This document shows positions 17,884 through 28,681 of a DNA stretch of 49,549 bases, in pieces. Source of the DNA: Gammaproteobacteria bacterium (GTDB taxonomy: Bacteria > Pseudomonadota > Gammaproteobacteria > UBA6429 > Thiohalophilaceae); contig JAWOIE010000094.1 in the NCBI GenBank assembly GCA_046484825.1, positions 1-49,549 of the forward strand. The letters are read 5' to 3'. Position 1 is the first letter of the stretch; each line of letters opens with the position of its first letter. The notes beneath the pieces were generated by a model that worked only from the letters and a program-made list of their open reading frames with translations, searched no databases and was not told the origin of the DNA. Both the position numbers and the translations under genes were made by a program.

Positions 17884-20586
17884 TCAGCGTCGCCAAAGGC
17901 GTCGGCGCAGCCACTTCTCCATTTCCAGCAGGGTAAACAGCGCGACACCGATACCAAGAATCTCGATGGCGTGAATGAAGTCCACCGGGCGGGTATCAAA
18001 AAAGCGCTCCATGAAGGGCGCGTAGGTAAACAGCAACTGCAACACCACCACCAGGCCCACGGCAATGAGAATGGCGCGAGTTCCGAGTATTTGCCGCCAG
18101 CCCAGTGAGCTGCGACCGAGATAGCGCACGTTGAACAGGTAGAACACCTCCATGACCACGAGGGTATTGACCGCATAGGTGCGCGCCTCTTCCAGACTGG
18201 CGCCGTGCTGTTGCGTCCAGGCGAAAATCCCGAAAATACCGGCGACGAACAGTACCGAGACGAAGCTGATGCGCCACAGCAAAAATCCGGACAACACGGC
18301 CTCATCCCGCACCCGCGGCGGCCGTTGCATGACGTCAGGCTCATAGGGTTCAAACGCCAGGGCCATGGCCAACGCCACCGAACTGACCATGTTGACCCAG
18401 AGGATTTGCAGCGGCGTAATCGGCAGAGTCAGGCCCACCAGCACTGCCGCCAGGATGGCCAGCGACTCACCGCCATTGACCGGCAACAGGAACAAAATGG
18501 CCTTTTTGAGATTGTCGTATACCGTGCGGCCTTCGCGCACCGCCTGGGCAATGGAGGCAAAATTGTCATCGGCCAGCACCATTTCGGCGGCCTCCTTGGC
18601 GGCCTCAGTGCCGTTGATGCCCATGGCAATGCCCACATCGGCGCGCTTGAGGGCGGGCGCGTCGTTGACGCCGTCACCAGTCATGGGGACGACGTGGCCC
18701 CGGGCTTGCAGCGCCTGCACCAGTCGCAGCTTGTGCTCCGGGGTGGTCCGGGCAAACACATCGGTCTGGGGGGCGAGCTCCGCCAGAGCGGCATCGTCCA
18801 GTGACTCCAGCTCGCGCCCGGTGACCGCCCTGTCGGTATTCTCCAGGTGCAGTTGCCCGGCAATGGCGCGCGCCGTATCCGCATGGTCACCGGTAATCAT
18901 CTTGACGCGAATGCCGGCGGACTGACAGTCGGCAATGGCCTTGATGGCCTCTTCCCGTGGCGGGTCGATCAGGCCAAGCAGGCCGAGCAGCTCGAAGCCC
19001 CCCTCCACATGGGTAAAGTTCAACTCACGCTGCTCGGCCGCCACCCTGCGCCGCGCCACGCCCAGCACCCGCTGGCCCTCGGCGGCAATGCGGCCGACCG
19101 CGTCCTGCCAGGCCTGTGGGTCAAAGGCCTTGCCGTCGGCCTGTGTGCCACACACTGCCAGCACCGCCTCCGGCGCGCCTTTGAGAAAAATGTAGCCGTT
19201 GCCCTCATGGTCGTGGTGCAGGGTCGCCATAAAACGGTGCTCCGCATCAAAGGGAATGACATCGGTGCGGGGAAACTGCTCCGCCTTACGTGCCGGCGCC
19301 AGGCCGGCCTTGACGGCAGCCACCAGCAGGGCGCCCTCCATGGGATCGCCGTCGACATGCCACTGGTTGTCCTGTTGCTGGAGCGTGGCATCGTTGCACA
19401 GGGCTGCGGCACACAAAATATCCATGAGGCCTGGTTGCTCGTCGGGATTGACCTCGCCCGCCTCGGTATCGTCCAGCCCGAAGCCACCATGGGGGTCATA
19501 GCCAGTGCCACTGACGCTAAACGCCGCGCCCGGGGTGAGAATACTGCGCACGGTCATTTCGTTGCGTGTGAGGGTGCCGGTCTTATCGGAACAAATGACC
19601 GAGACCGCGCCCAGGGTCTCGACGGCGGGCAGGCGGCGAATAATGGCATTGCGCCCTGCCATGCGTTGTACGCCGATGGCGAGGGTCACGGTCAGAATCG
19701 CCGGCAGACCCTCGGGGATCGCGGCGACCGCCAGCCCCACCACGGTCATGAACATTTCCGTGGCGTCCCGCGCTTGCAGAAAATAACCGTAAAAGAACAC
19801 CAGCAGGGCGACCACCAGGATAACCAGGGTCAGCCAGCGGGCGAAGACCTCCATTTGCTTGAGCAGCGGCGTGGTCAGGACCTCTACGTCGGAAAGCATG
19901 CCGCTGATGCGGCCAATCTCGGTGGCATTACCGGTGGCGACCACCAGACCGACGCCCTGCCCCCCGGCAACCAGCGTACCGGAAAAGGCCATGGACTTGC
20001 GGTCGCCCAGGTCGGCGCCCTCCGCCACGGCCGCCGTCGCCTTTTCCACCGGCACGGATTCGCCGGTGAGAATCGCCTCCTGCAGACGCAGGCCCTTGGC
20101 GCGCAGCAGCCGCAGATCGGCAGGTACCTTGTCGCCCGGTTCCAGCAGTACCTGATCGCCAGGCACCAGTTCCTCCGCCGGGATGCTCTGCCGCCGGCCG
20201 TCACGCAACACCGAGGCGCGCGGCGCCAGCATGTGGCGAATAGCCTCCAGCGCCTGCTCGGCCTTGCCTTCCTGCACGAAGCCGATCACGGTATTGACCA
20301 GCACGACCCCCAGGATCACCACGGTATCGACCCAGTGCCCCAGCAGCGCGGTCACCAGCGCTGTGCCCAACAGGACCTGGATTAGAAGATTACTGAACTG
20401 GGCAAAAAAGCGTTGCAGGCTAGTGCGGCCTTTGGTGGTGGCCAGTTGATTGGGGCCGTACGTCGCCAGGCGCTGCCTGACCTCGTCCGCGCTAAGGCCG
20501 GTGTCCCGACTGTCGAGTTCCGCGAGGGCCGTCGTCGTCTCCATACTGTGCCAGGACTGTGGGGAATCGCTCTGTGCGTTACTCAT
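17884..20586 (-). CDS. Cation-transporting P-type (P2-like, Ca2+/Mg2+-type) ATPase
   Basis: 900 aa. Contains TGES, ICSDKTGTLT, MITGDH and TGDGVNDAPALKRADVGIAMG. RBS AAGGAG. Confidence 0.95.
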   Translation of the reverse strand: MSNAQSDSPQSWHSMETTTALAELDSRDTGLSADEVRQRLATYGPNQLATTKGRTSLQRFFAQFSNLLIQVLLGTALVTALLGHWVDTVVILGVVLVNTVIGFVQEGKAEQALEAIRHMLAPRASVLRDGRRQSIPAEELVPGDQVLLEPGDKVPADLRLLRAKGLRLQEAILTGESVPVEKATAAVAEGADLGDRKSMAFSGTLVAGGQGVGLVVATGNATEIGRISGMLSDVEVLTTPLLKQMEVFARWLTLVILVVALLVFFYGYFLQARDATEMFMTVVGLAVAAIPEGLPAILTVTLAIGVQRMAGRNAIIRRLPAVETLGAVSVICSDKTGTLTRNEMTVRSILTPGAAFSVSGTGYDPHGGFGLDDTEAGEVNPDEQPGLMDILCAAALCNDATLQQQDNQWHVDGDPMEGALLVAAVKAGLAPARKAEQFPRTDVIPFDAEHRFMATLHHDHEGNGYIFLKGAPEAVLAVCGTQADGKAFDPQAWQDAVGRIAAEGQRVLGVARRRVAAEQRELNFTHVEGGFELLGLLGLIDPPREEAIKAIADCQSAGIRVKMITGDHADTARAIAGQLHLENTDRAVTGRELESLDDAALAELAPQTDVFARTTPEHKLRLVQALQARGHVVPMTGDGVNDAPALKRADVGIAMGINGTEAAKEAAEMVLADDNFASIAQAVREGRTVYDNLKKAILFLLPVNGGESLAILAAVLVGLTLPITPLQILWVNMVSSVALAMALAFEPYEPDVMQRPPRVRDEAVLSGFLLWRISFVSVLFVAGIFGIFAWTQQHGASLEEARTYAVNTLVVMEVFYLFNVRYLGRSSLGWRQILGTRAILIAVGLVVVLQLLFTYAPFMERFFDTRPVDFIHAIEILGIGVALFTLLEMEKWLRRRLWRR

Positions 20587-21031
20587 GTTCGCTGCTCCTT
20601 GCCTGTTGCAGTAATTTTAATGATAACCCGAGACACCACATTTTATAATCTGGGTAGAAGAGCGCCCGTCGCGGTTGTCCCACCGAGCGTGCAGACCACC
20701 CGGTGCGCAAAAGTGTAGACCCAATGCCATAGTTCAAGAGACACAGATCAAGCGATACAGTTCCAGCCACCATAAGCACACGCCACCGCAAGTACAACGG
20801 GTGTAATGCGCAAACAAAGGGCTCGTGGGGATATTGAGTACAATTTTGGCTTTACCGCACGCAACGTCCCTGTAGCCCATAAGTCGCTCAGCGCGGAGCT
20901 AAGCTCTGGAAAAAATAAATTCCCGTTGTCACCATCGTGCAGTAAGGGGGCTGGACGAACAGGCCAGGCTTCGCAGCACGCCCAGCGCAGCTCGGTTATG
21001 CCAAACGCCCAAGGTCTCGTGCTTGCTCTGC

Positions 21032-22582
21032 TTATTCCAGTACGCCCTGACGCGCAAAAATGAATAACAGGCGCTTGACGTTGGTGGTGATGCTTGCCTG
21101 CAGACGCGCCTCGGGCACACTGGTATCAATATTCAGCGACTGGGCCAGCTGCACGTCGGCACGTAGCCTGGCGACAATATTGGCGGCAATGGCGGCGACG
21201 TTATTGCGACCACTCAATTGCTCGATGAGCAGATGGGCAAAACCGTCAAGGTGTATGGGCTCATGCCAGACACCACTCAGGACGTTACCGACCTGCGCCT
21301 CGGCGGTGGCCAGGGCGGTCATTGTTGGCCTATCGGAATACGCCTGTTTAAAGCTTTGCGGGCTCAGGACAAACTCAATACAGCTATTGGCAAATAGATT
21401 AAACAGTTCGTTGAGATATTCGTCCTCCTCAACCGCATGCGTGGCGCTACTGGCAGCGCGCAGTTGTGCTGCCGCCCTTTCCTGCAACGCACTCACGCAC
21501 AGAGCCGCAGGGGCTTCATCAAAGAGATATTGCAGCGTGAGTTTGGTCAGCGGCTGGCAGACCTCCACCGGGCCGCCATCGGGGCGGGTAAACTTTACCG
21601 CCGTATTGGATTCCAGTCGCAGTCGATCCGGTGGCGACAGTTGGCTATGCATAGCAAAGCCCTTGAGCAGAGTCAGGTCGATGTCATAGTCCGGCGTACT
21701 GTCGGCGTGCACAATCAGTGACATGCGAAATGTGCGTTGACGCAGGTGGTCCATGTATTGTTCCTGCACCAGCATGTCGTCATATTGTTCGACAAACTTC
21801 GCGCCCGCCGGCGGTAGTGTCGAGGCAAACATGGTGTGCAGTTCTGACTCACACAAATACTTCAGCTGGTGCGCCGCAAGCTCGCGGGTAAATTCGCTAA
21901 ACAGTACCGACTTATTGTCGGCCTCGAGAAAATCGTGATACAGATAACTGGGGTGTGATTTTTCGATACCCTTGAGTTCCAGATACAGCTGCTGCTGCAG
22001 GGGTTGCTTGCTGTTCTGGTAGTAACTGCGCAGAAAGTCGAACAGTTCGAGCATGGACTGCAGCCGCGCCGGTGGCTCGGTAAGATCGCGCACATGATAA
22101 ATAGCCATGCCACGCAGCATGTCGCGCACATTCCAGCCAGGCTGGGTATTGTAGCTGATGTAGGCAATACCGTTGGGCGCCAGCAGCCGCTGCGTCTGTC
22201 GCAACAAGGCCGCGCGTACCGGCTCCGGCACCCAGGAATAGACCCCGTGGGCGACGATATAATCGAAACCGGCGGGGCGATCCTCAAACACGCACAGGTC
22301 ACCCTGTTCCAGGCGGATATTCTTCAGGCCCAGACGGGCAATGGTCTCCTGCCCTACGCGTACCTGTTCGATAGAGAGGTCGATACCGACAAACTCACTA
22401 TCGGGAAAATGCCAGGCCAGCGGGATGAGATTGCCGCCACTGGCGCAACCCAGCTCCAGGTAACGACACGCTTCCGGCGGTGCAGTGGCCAGGCCAAAGA
22501 GGCGCCCCAGCATAGCCAGGCGGCGGGGATGCGTCTCGGAAAACGGCACGCTTTCGTAGGGGATGGAATCGTAGTCCTGCAT
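21032..22582 (-). CDS. Class I SAM-dependent methyltransferase with a C-terminal methyltransferase-regulatory domain
   Basis: 516 aa. Starts YESVPFSETHPRRLAMLGRLFG, followed by the LELGCASGGNL SAM motif and a long C-terminal domain. Confidence 0.8.
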   Translation of the reverse strand: MQDYDSIPYESVPFSETHPRRLAMLGRLFGLATAPPEACRYLELGCASGGNLIPLAWHFPDSEFVGIDLSIEQVRVGQETIARLGLKNIRLEQGDLCVFEDRPAGFDYIVAHGVYSWVPEPVRAALLRQTQRLLAPNGIAYISYNTQPGWNVRDMLRGMAIYHVRDLTEPPARLQSMLELFDFLRSYYQNSKQPLQQQLYLELKGIEKSHPSYLYHDFLEADNKSVLFSEFTRELAAHQLKYLCESELHTMFASTLPPAGAKFVEQYDDMLVQEQYMDHLRQRTFRMSLIVHADSTPDYDIDLTLLKGFAMHSQLSPPDRLRLESNTAVKFTRPDGGPVEVCQPLTKLTLQYLFDEAPAALCVSALQERAAAQLRAASSATHAVEEDEYLNELFNLFANSCIEFVLSPQSFKQAYSDRPTMTALATAEAQVGNVLSGVWHEPIHLDGFAHLLIEQLSGRNNVAAIAANIVARLRADVQLAQSLNIDTSVPEARLQASITTNVKRLLFIFARQGVLE

Positions 22583-22783
22583 TCGTCTTTACCGTCGTCG
22601 CTTAAATTTATAGAACGCCTGAAACTATGCAGGCAGGGCTGATGGGTATCAACATAAAGTCAAAGAAAATTTTTACTGAATAAGTTTTTCTATGGTGTGT
22701 TTTCCATGACGCAGGCATCAGCGCGTACAACCACAAAGCCGCCGCCGCATGAATGACCCTTGGCGTCGCTGCCGATATCCGCC

Positions 22784-25700
22784 TCAGCCCGTCGGCTTTT
22801 GGCTATGGTCTCTGGCCATCAGGACATAAAACGCCGGCAGGATAAACAGGGTAAAGAAGGTACCAATCCCCAGACCTGCGGCGATGGTCAGGCCAATCTG
22901 AAAACGACTCACCGCTCCGGCACCGGTGGCCAGCAACAATGGCACCATGGCCACGACCAGGGCAATGGATGTCATAAAAATTGGCCGCAGGCGGATCATG
23001 GCGGCCTTCTCTACGGCGGCACGGATGGACAGGCCTTCTTCGATTTGCAGTTTGTTGGCAAACTCGACAATGAGAATACCGTTTTTCGCCACGACGCCAA
23101 TCAGGGTAATCAGCCCCACCTTGGTATAGATGTTGAGCGAGAGTGAGTTGACCTCAAACATAATAAAAATCAGCGCCCCGGCCGTTGCCAGTGGCACCGA
23201 GACCAGAATAATGGCCGGGTCGCGCCAGCTTTCAAACTGTGCCGCCAGTACCAGGTAAATAACCAGCAGCGACATCAGCATGGTCACGGTCAGGGCGGAA
23301 CTCTCCTGCGCATACTGGCGCGAGTCCCCCAGATAGTCGTAGCCATAACCCCTGGGCAGAAAGTCCTGCGCCATGGCCGTCAGCGAATCGAGGGCATCAC
23401 CCAGCGCCACGCTCGGCAGGGTCACGCCCTGAATGACCAGGGAATTCAGCTGTTGAAACTGTGTGCGGTTGGTCGGCTCGACCGCGTGTTCGATCGAGGC
23501 AATGGTGGACAGCGGCACCAGGTCACCGGCGCCGGTGCGAATATAGTAGTCCTTGAGCATTTCACCGTCACGGCGGAACTCGCGTGACACCAGCGGAATG
23601 ACCTTGTAGCTGCGGCCCTCCATGCTAAAGCGATTGACATAGCCCCCGCCGAGGAGGGTCCCCAGGTTGCGGCCGATACTGGCCATGTCAATACCGAGGT
23701 CGCCGGCCCGGTCACGATTGATGTCAATGTTGATGGTGGGTTGATCGATGTCGATGGATTTTTCCAGAAACATGAACTGACCACTGGCCATGGCCTGACC
23801 CAGCAGTCCATCGGCCACATCGACCAGCTCTTCATAACTGCGATCCGTAGTGAGGACAAACTGTAACGGCGCGCCGCGTGAGGGCGTCGGGATACTGGGG
23901 CGAGGAAAGACAAAGGTGCGCATGCCGGCCACCTGACTGAGCATGCCGAACAAGGGCCCCTGTACCTCCTTTTGCGAGCGGTCGCGCTCTTCCACCGGTT
24001 TCATTTTGAAGCCACCGAAGATCTGCCCCGGTGTCCGCCCCAGAATATAGAAGCTATCGTTATACTCGGGAATGCCTTCAAACATGGAATGGATCTGTCC
24101 ACCATAGGCTTCGAGATATTCCAGCGTCGCCGTGCGTGGCCCGGTGGAATTGAAAAACAGAATACTCTGGTCTTCGTCGGGCGCCAGTTCATTTTTGCTG
24201 TTCATGAACATGAAATAATTGGACGCCAGGATCAGAGCGCCGATACCGGCCAGCAGACCCAGGTGATTGAGGAGTTTGTGTAACAGGCGGGCATAGCGGG
24301 TCGACATGCCGGTAAAGACCTTTTCCACCTTTTGTTCAAAACGACCTTCATTGCCGTGTTCCTTGAGCACCCGCGAGGACAGCATGGGCGACAGGGTTAG
24401 GGCAATGACGCCAGAGATCATTACTGCGGCGCTCAGGGTAAAGGCGAACTCAATAAACAGTGCGCCGGTCAGGCCGCTCATAAAACCAATCGGCGCGTAG
24501 ACCGCCAGCAGGGTCGTGGTCATGGCAATAATGGGCACCGCCAGTTCACGCGCGCCCTTGAGCGCGGCCTGCATTTTGCTCTCGCCGTTTTCGATATGGC
24601 GATGGACATTCTCCACCACGATAATCGCATCATCGACGACCAGACCAATGGCCAGCACCATGGACAGGAGTGTGAGCAGGTTCAGCGAGTAACCCAGCAG
24701 ATACATAATAAAGGCGGCGCCGATCAATGACAGCGGTACGGCCACCGCGGGAATAATAGCGGCGCGCAGGGAGCCCAGACTGAGATAGATCACCACCAGC
24801 ACGATCAGCACCGCCTCGGCGATGGTCTTGTAGACTTCCTTGATGGAGGACTTGATAAACTGACTGGCATCGTACGGCACCTTGACCTGCATGCCTTGCG
24901 GTAATTGCGCCTCGACGCGGGGAATCAGCTCATTGACCAGATCCGCAACGGTAATGGGATTGGCGCCCGGCGCCGGTTCGATGCCGATAAACACCGAGGG
25001 AATGCCTTTGTACCAGGTGGTGGAGTCATAATCATCCGAGCCCAGTTCCGCGGTGGCGATATCCTGCAGGCGCACCAGGCTGCCGTTTTCACTGCGCACG
25101 ACCAGCTTGCCGAAGTAGTCCGGGTTGTTGACGTCGGTGCTGGCGGTCAGATTGATACTGACATACTTGTCCTTGGTCGAACCGATCCCCGCCTGATAGT
25201 TATTGTTGCGCAGGACATTGACCACATCCTCACCGGTGACCCCCAGCGCCGCCATGCGCTTCGGGTCCAGCCAGATACGCATGGCGAATTGCGCGGCGAA
25301 CAGGCGCGCCTTGGCGACCCCCGGCAGGGCCTGTAACTGCGGCTGCACCACCCGCAGGACATAGTCACTGATTTGCGGCCGCGGGATGCTGTCGCTGAAA
25401 AACGCCAGATACATCAGCGCGGTGCGATCCCCGGTGGTGGATTCGATAATGGGGTCCCGCACCTCGGCGGGCAGTTCACCGCGCTTGCTGGCGACCTTGG
25501 CCTGAATCTCGGCAATAGCGGCATTGGGATCGTAGTTGAGACGCATCTGCGCCTCAATGGTCGACATCCCCTGTGCGCTGGTCGAGGAAATAAAATCGAT
25601 ACCGTTGGCCTCGGACATGGCCTGCTGGATCGGCGTAGTCACAAAGCCTTTGACCAGTTCCGAACTGGCACCGGGATAGGCAGTCGTCACCGTCACCACG

Positions 25701-25828
25701 GTATTTTTGATCAGGGGAAACTGACGTACCTCGAGCAGGCCCAACGAACGCAGGCCCAGCAGCAAAATGAGCAGGCTGACCACCGTCGCCAGGACCGGGC
25801 GACGAATGAAAATATCAGTAAATTTCAT
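22784..25828 (-). CDS. RND efflux transporter permease (AcrB/MdtBC-like)
   Basis: 1014 aa. Starts MKFTDIFIRRPVLATVVSLLILLLG, with the typical 12-transmembrane architecture and two large periplasmic loops. Confidence 0.95.
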   Translation of the reverse strand: MKFTDIFIRRPVLATVVSLLILLLGLRSLGLLEVRQFPLIKNTVVTVTTAYPGASSELVKGFVTTPIQQAMSEANGIDFISSTSAQGMSTIEAQMRLNYDPNAAIAEIQAKVASKRGELPAEVRDPIIESTTGDRTALMYLAFFSDSIPRPQISDYVLRVVQPQLQALPGVAKARLFAAQFAMRIWLDPKRMAALGVTGEDVVNVLRNNNYQAGIGSTKDKYVSINLTASTDVNNPDYFGKLVVRSENGSLVRLQDIATAELGSDDYDSTTWYKGIPSVFIGIEPAPGANPITVADLVNELIPRVEAQLPQGMQVKVPYDASQFIKSSIKEVYKTIAEAVLIVLVVIYLSLGSLRAAIIPAVAVPLSLIGAAFIMYLLGYSLNLLTLLSMVLAIGLVVDDAIIVVENVHRHIENGESKMQAALKGARELAVPIIAMTTTLLAVYAPIGFMSGLTGALFIEFAFTLSAAVMISGVIALTLSPMLSSRVLKEHGNEGRFEQKVEKVFTGMSTRYARLLHKLLNHLGLLAGIGALILASNYFMFMNSKNELAPDEDQSILFFNSTGPRTATLEYLEAYGGQIHSMFEGIPEYNDSFYILGRTPGQIFGGFKMKPVEERDRSQKEVQGPLFGMLSQVAGMRTFVFPRPSIPTPSRGAPLQFVLTTDRSYEELVDVADGLLGQAMASGQFMFLEKSIDIDQPTINIDINRDRAGDLGIDMASIGRNLGTLLGGGYVNRFSMEGRSYKVIPLVSREFRRDGEMLKDYYIRTGAGDLVPLSTIASIEHAVEPTNRTQFQQLNSLVIQGVTLPSVALGDALDSLTAMAQDFLPRGYGYDYLGDSRQYAQESSALTVTMLMSLLVIYLVLAAQFESWRDPAIILVSVPLATAGALIFIMFEVNSLSLNIYTKVGLITLIGVVAKNGILIVEFANKLQIEEGLSIRAAVEKAAMIRLRPIFMTSIALVVAMVPLLLATGAGAVSRFQIGLTIAAGLGIGTFFTLFILPAFYVLMARDHSQKPTG

Positions 25829-26916
25829 TCCTGCTTAATCTCCGCATCGTCGAGCTCTACCTGATTGTCGATCCGGATCGCCATCCCGTCGCGCAACTTC
25901 ACCAGGCCGCTGCGGACGACCTGCGTCCCCGGTGAAAGCCCCTTGACCTCGACACGCCCCTGACGTACTTCGCCGGACTCAACGGCCGTGCGCTTGACCA
26001 CCGGCTGGTCCTGATCATTTTTAGTGATGACAAAAATGAAATTGCCATAGGTATTAAAACTGATCGCGGTCCGCGGCAGGGTCAGCACCGGCCTGGCCTC
26101 AGCGGTAATGGTCTCCACCTCGGCAAACATGCCGGGGCGCAGCAGTCCCTGCGGGTTCGCCAGGGTCGCGCGGACCTTAAGGGTACGGGTGCCGGTATCA
26201 ATCCCGGGATTGATCGCCGTGACTTCGCCGCTGAATACCTCTTGTGCGATGGCATCCAGTTGCAGTCTGACCGTCTGCCCGGCCTTGAGCTGGGCGATGT
26301 AGCGCTCGGGCAGGGTGTAGTCGACGTAGATGGGGTCCAGCGCCTGCAGACTGACAATGGCATTACCGGCTTCGAGGTATTCACCGAGATTTACCTGACG
26401 GATCCCCGCCAGGCCGGCAAACGGCGCGCGGATCTCTTTGCGGCGGATAATGGTTTCCTGTTGCTTGACCCGAGCCCGGGCGGCATCGTGGCGTGCCTGC
26501 GCCTCGTCATACTGGGATTTTGACATGGCCTTTTTCTGTAACAGGTCCTTGGCGCGATTGAACTGGACTTCGGTCAGCCGCCGTTCCGCGCGCAGGGCCT
26601 CCAGGGCAGCGGCATCGACGGCATCATCCAGCTTGATCAGTACCTGCCCCTGCTCTACCGGTTGGCCAGAGGTAAAGACGACTTCACTGATAATGCCATT
26701 GACCTCGGTGGTCACATCGATGCCATTCACGGCAACCAGGGAACCCACGGAATGCAATGACGGCTGCCAGTCTTCCGCTTTGACTTCGGTGGCAGCGACC
26801 ACCGTGGGCGGCATGGCCCGGGACTGGCCCGCGCCCTGCGTACCGCGCCAGTAGAAGTAGCCTGCCAGGACGACGGCGGCGATGAGCACTAAGACAATGA
26901 TGAACCGTTTTGACAT
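25825..26916 (-). CDS. RND efflux periplasmic adaptor (membrane fusion protein)
   Basis: 363 aa. Has an N-terminal anchor, coiled-coil and beta-barrel regions. Overlaps the permease start by 4 nt. Confidence 0.9.
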   Translation of the reverse strand: MSKRFIIVLVLIAAVVLAGYFYWRGTQGAGQSRAMPPTVVAATEVKAEDWQPSLHSVGSLVAVNGIDVTTEVNGIISEVVFTSGQPVEQGQVLIKLDDAVDAAALEALRAERRLTEVQFNRAKDLLQKKAMSKSQYDEAQARHDAARARVKQQETIIRRKEIRAPFAGLAGIRQVNLGEYLEAGNAIVSLQALDPIYVDYTLPERYIAQLKAGQTVRLQLDAIAQEVFSGEVTAINPGIDTGTRTLKVRATLANPQGLLRPGMFAEVETITAEARPVLTLPRTAISFNTYGNFIFVITKNDQDQPVVKRTAVESGEVRQGRVEVKGLSPGTQVVRSGLVKLRDGMAIRIDNQVELDDAEIKQE

Positions 26917-27068
26917 GACTGTTTTTCCTGTCGCGTTGCTGCAATCTCCCAGTATACGGATTAGGCGGAGATTATGGTACGGGCGCTGAAAGGGCTTAAC
27001 ACACGCGCTGCTATTGTGGTTATTTTTTGCCAGCCATCCGACCCGCCCTATAGCCGGGAATGGGCTGG

Positions 27069-27126
27069 ATCTTTTCCCGCGCGGGTCTGACCGTCAATGT
27101 GCTTGTGCACGGTTTCGTGCCAGGCG
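27069..27126 (-). repeat. Copy 1 of a ~58-bp duplicated intergenic element (upstream of the RND operon)
   Basis: The minus-strand reading is CGCCTGGCACGAAACCGTGCACAAGCACATTGACGGTCAGACCCGCGCGGGAAAAGAT. It shares a 23-nt perfect core (CGTGCACAAGCACATTGACGGTC) with 28682-28739. Confidence 0.85.
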
Positions 27127-27316
27127 ACTGAATACGGGGCCGACCCTCGCCAACAGGCTCGCCCGCCGACCGTGGCAATAGCACATTAAAATAGGGTATG
27201 TCTGTGACACCACAAAGGGGACGACACCGCCGCGCAAATATTCCCTGGTGGCGGCCAGCACCCTGTTTTTCACGGAGAGCCCGCCTCGCCTGACGGCCGG
27301 GATAGCCTAATGCTGT

Positions 27317-28033
27317 TCAGGCCTCGACGTCATGATAGACGTTCTGCACATCATCGAGGTCGTTGAGCATGTCGAGAAATTTATGAAACAGGTCGGCATC
27401 TTCGGCACCGATGGTGGTGGTATTCTGGGCCAGGAACTGGATCTCATCCACCTCAAACTCGATGTCACCCAGGGCCTCGAGCAGGGCTTGCCGGGCCTTG
27501 TTGTATTCAGTGTGTGGCGCAAATACCGTAATCATGCCGTTGTCGCTTTCAATGTCGCTGACATCCACATCGGCCGCCATTAAGGCCTCCAGGGCCGCCT
27601 CCTCGTCCTCGCCCTTGTAGGCCAGGATACAGACATGGTCGAACATATGGCCGACGCTGCCCGGCGTGCCGATTTTGCATTTGCACTTGGTAAAGCACAG
27701 GCGCACGTCACCAAAAGTGCGATTGGGATTGTCGGTGAGACAATCGACGATCACCATGCAGCCACCGGGGCCAAAGCCCTCGTAGCGGGCGGGTGAATAA
27801 TCCTCACCACCGCCGCCCTTGGCCTTGGCCAGGGCCTTCTCGATCACATGCGCCGGGACCTGGTCCTTTTTGGCCCGGTCGATCATCGCCCGCAGGGCCA
27901 GATTGCCGTCGGGGTCGACACCCCCGGCCTTGGCGCAGACGTAAATTTCGCGGCCATACTTGCTATAGACCTTGGCCTTGGCGTCGGCCGTTTTGGCCAT
28001 CGAGTCTTTCCGGTTTTGGTACGCTCTACCCAT
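27317..28033 (-). CDS. YebC/PmpR family DNA-binding transcriptional regulator
   Basis: 238 aa. Starts [32 protein letters not shown] and contains [13 protein letters not shown]. Confidence 0.95.
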   Translation of the reverse strand: MGRAYQNRKDSMAKTADAKAKVYSKYGREIYVCAKAGGVDPDGNLALRAMIDRAKKDQVPAHVIEKALAKAKGGGGEDYSPARYEGFGPGGCMVIVDCLTDNPNRTFGDVRLCFTKCKCKIGTPGSVGHMFDHVCILAYKGEDEEAALEALMAADVDVSDIESDNGMITVFAPHTEYNKARQALLEALGDIEFEVDEIQFLAQNTTTIGAEDADLFHKFLDMLNDLDDVQNVYHDVEA

Positions 28034-28287
28034 TGCCCTGCTGCCTCACTGACAATCACAAAGGCGCCAATTCTACAGTGATGCCCGTAACGGGGGAACC
28101 TTTTCCACGGGCCCGGGCGGCGTCCCGGGCCGTAACGCCAGCCACCTGCCGGGATCGGCACCGGCATCGCCAGCGGCCAGGTTTGGCGCGCCGGAAAAAA
28201 GCCTGGAATTTCCGGCGGCAAGTCCGCAAAATCCTCTTTACGGCTGTGCCCCCAGCTCCTGCCCCGAGCAACCGAGTGTGAAAGACC

Positions 28288-28566
28288 ATGACACACAAGA
28301 TTTCGATTACCTATTGCACCCAATGCCGCTGGCTGCTGCGTTCCGCCTGGATAGCGCAGGAGTTGCTAACCACCTTTGACGGCGAGATTGCCGCGCTCAC
28401 CCTGATACCGGGCAGCGGCGGCGTCTTTGAGGTTGTGGTCAATGATGCTCTGGTCTGGTCACGTAAGGCCGAGGGACGCTTCCCGGAGATTACCGAACTC
28501 AAACAACGGGTCAGGGATATTATTGACCCGGAGCGCGATCTCGGCCATTCAGATCGAAAGCACTAG
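28288..28566 (+). CDS. SelT/SelW/SelH (Rdx) family thioredoxin-like protein, Cys form
   Basis: 92 aa. Contains ITYCTQCRWLLRSAWIAQELL, a CxxC motif in which both Cys are encoded by TGC with no in-frame TGA. Confidence 0.8.
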   Translation: MTHKISITYCTQCRWLLRSAWIAQELLTTFDGEIAALTLIPGSGGVFEVVVNDALVWSRKAEGRFPEITELKQRVRDIIDPERDLGHSDRKH

Positions 28567-28681
28567 GCCGCGCGTGGACGCTTCCTACCCGTTCCTGCTC
28601 ACCCGTAGCGGTATCGCCAAGCGTTATTGAGCCGATGAGCAGCTCGACCATCAATTTTATGATCGACGGGCCCGTTTTACC

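Noticed and set aside
18847-20385. 512-aa plus-strand ORF, together with many other 60-250 aa ORFs such as 251-880, 16008-16703, 35365-36090 and 46033-46671, lying antisense to or out of frame with clearly identified genes.
   Set aside because: They overlap strongly supported genes (P-type ATPase, IF-2, NuoN and others). Their products are Arg/Ala/Gly/His-rich and low-complexity, as expected for open antisense frames in GC-rich coding DNA.
28288-28566. Checked whether the SelW/Rdx-like gene is a selenoprotein (CxxU with in-frame TGA and a SECIS hairpin).
   Set aside because: Both redox residues are encoded by TGC, and there is no in-frame TGA.
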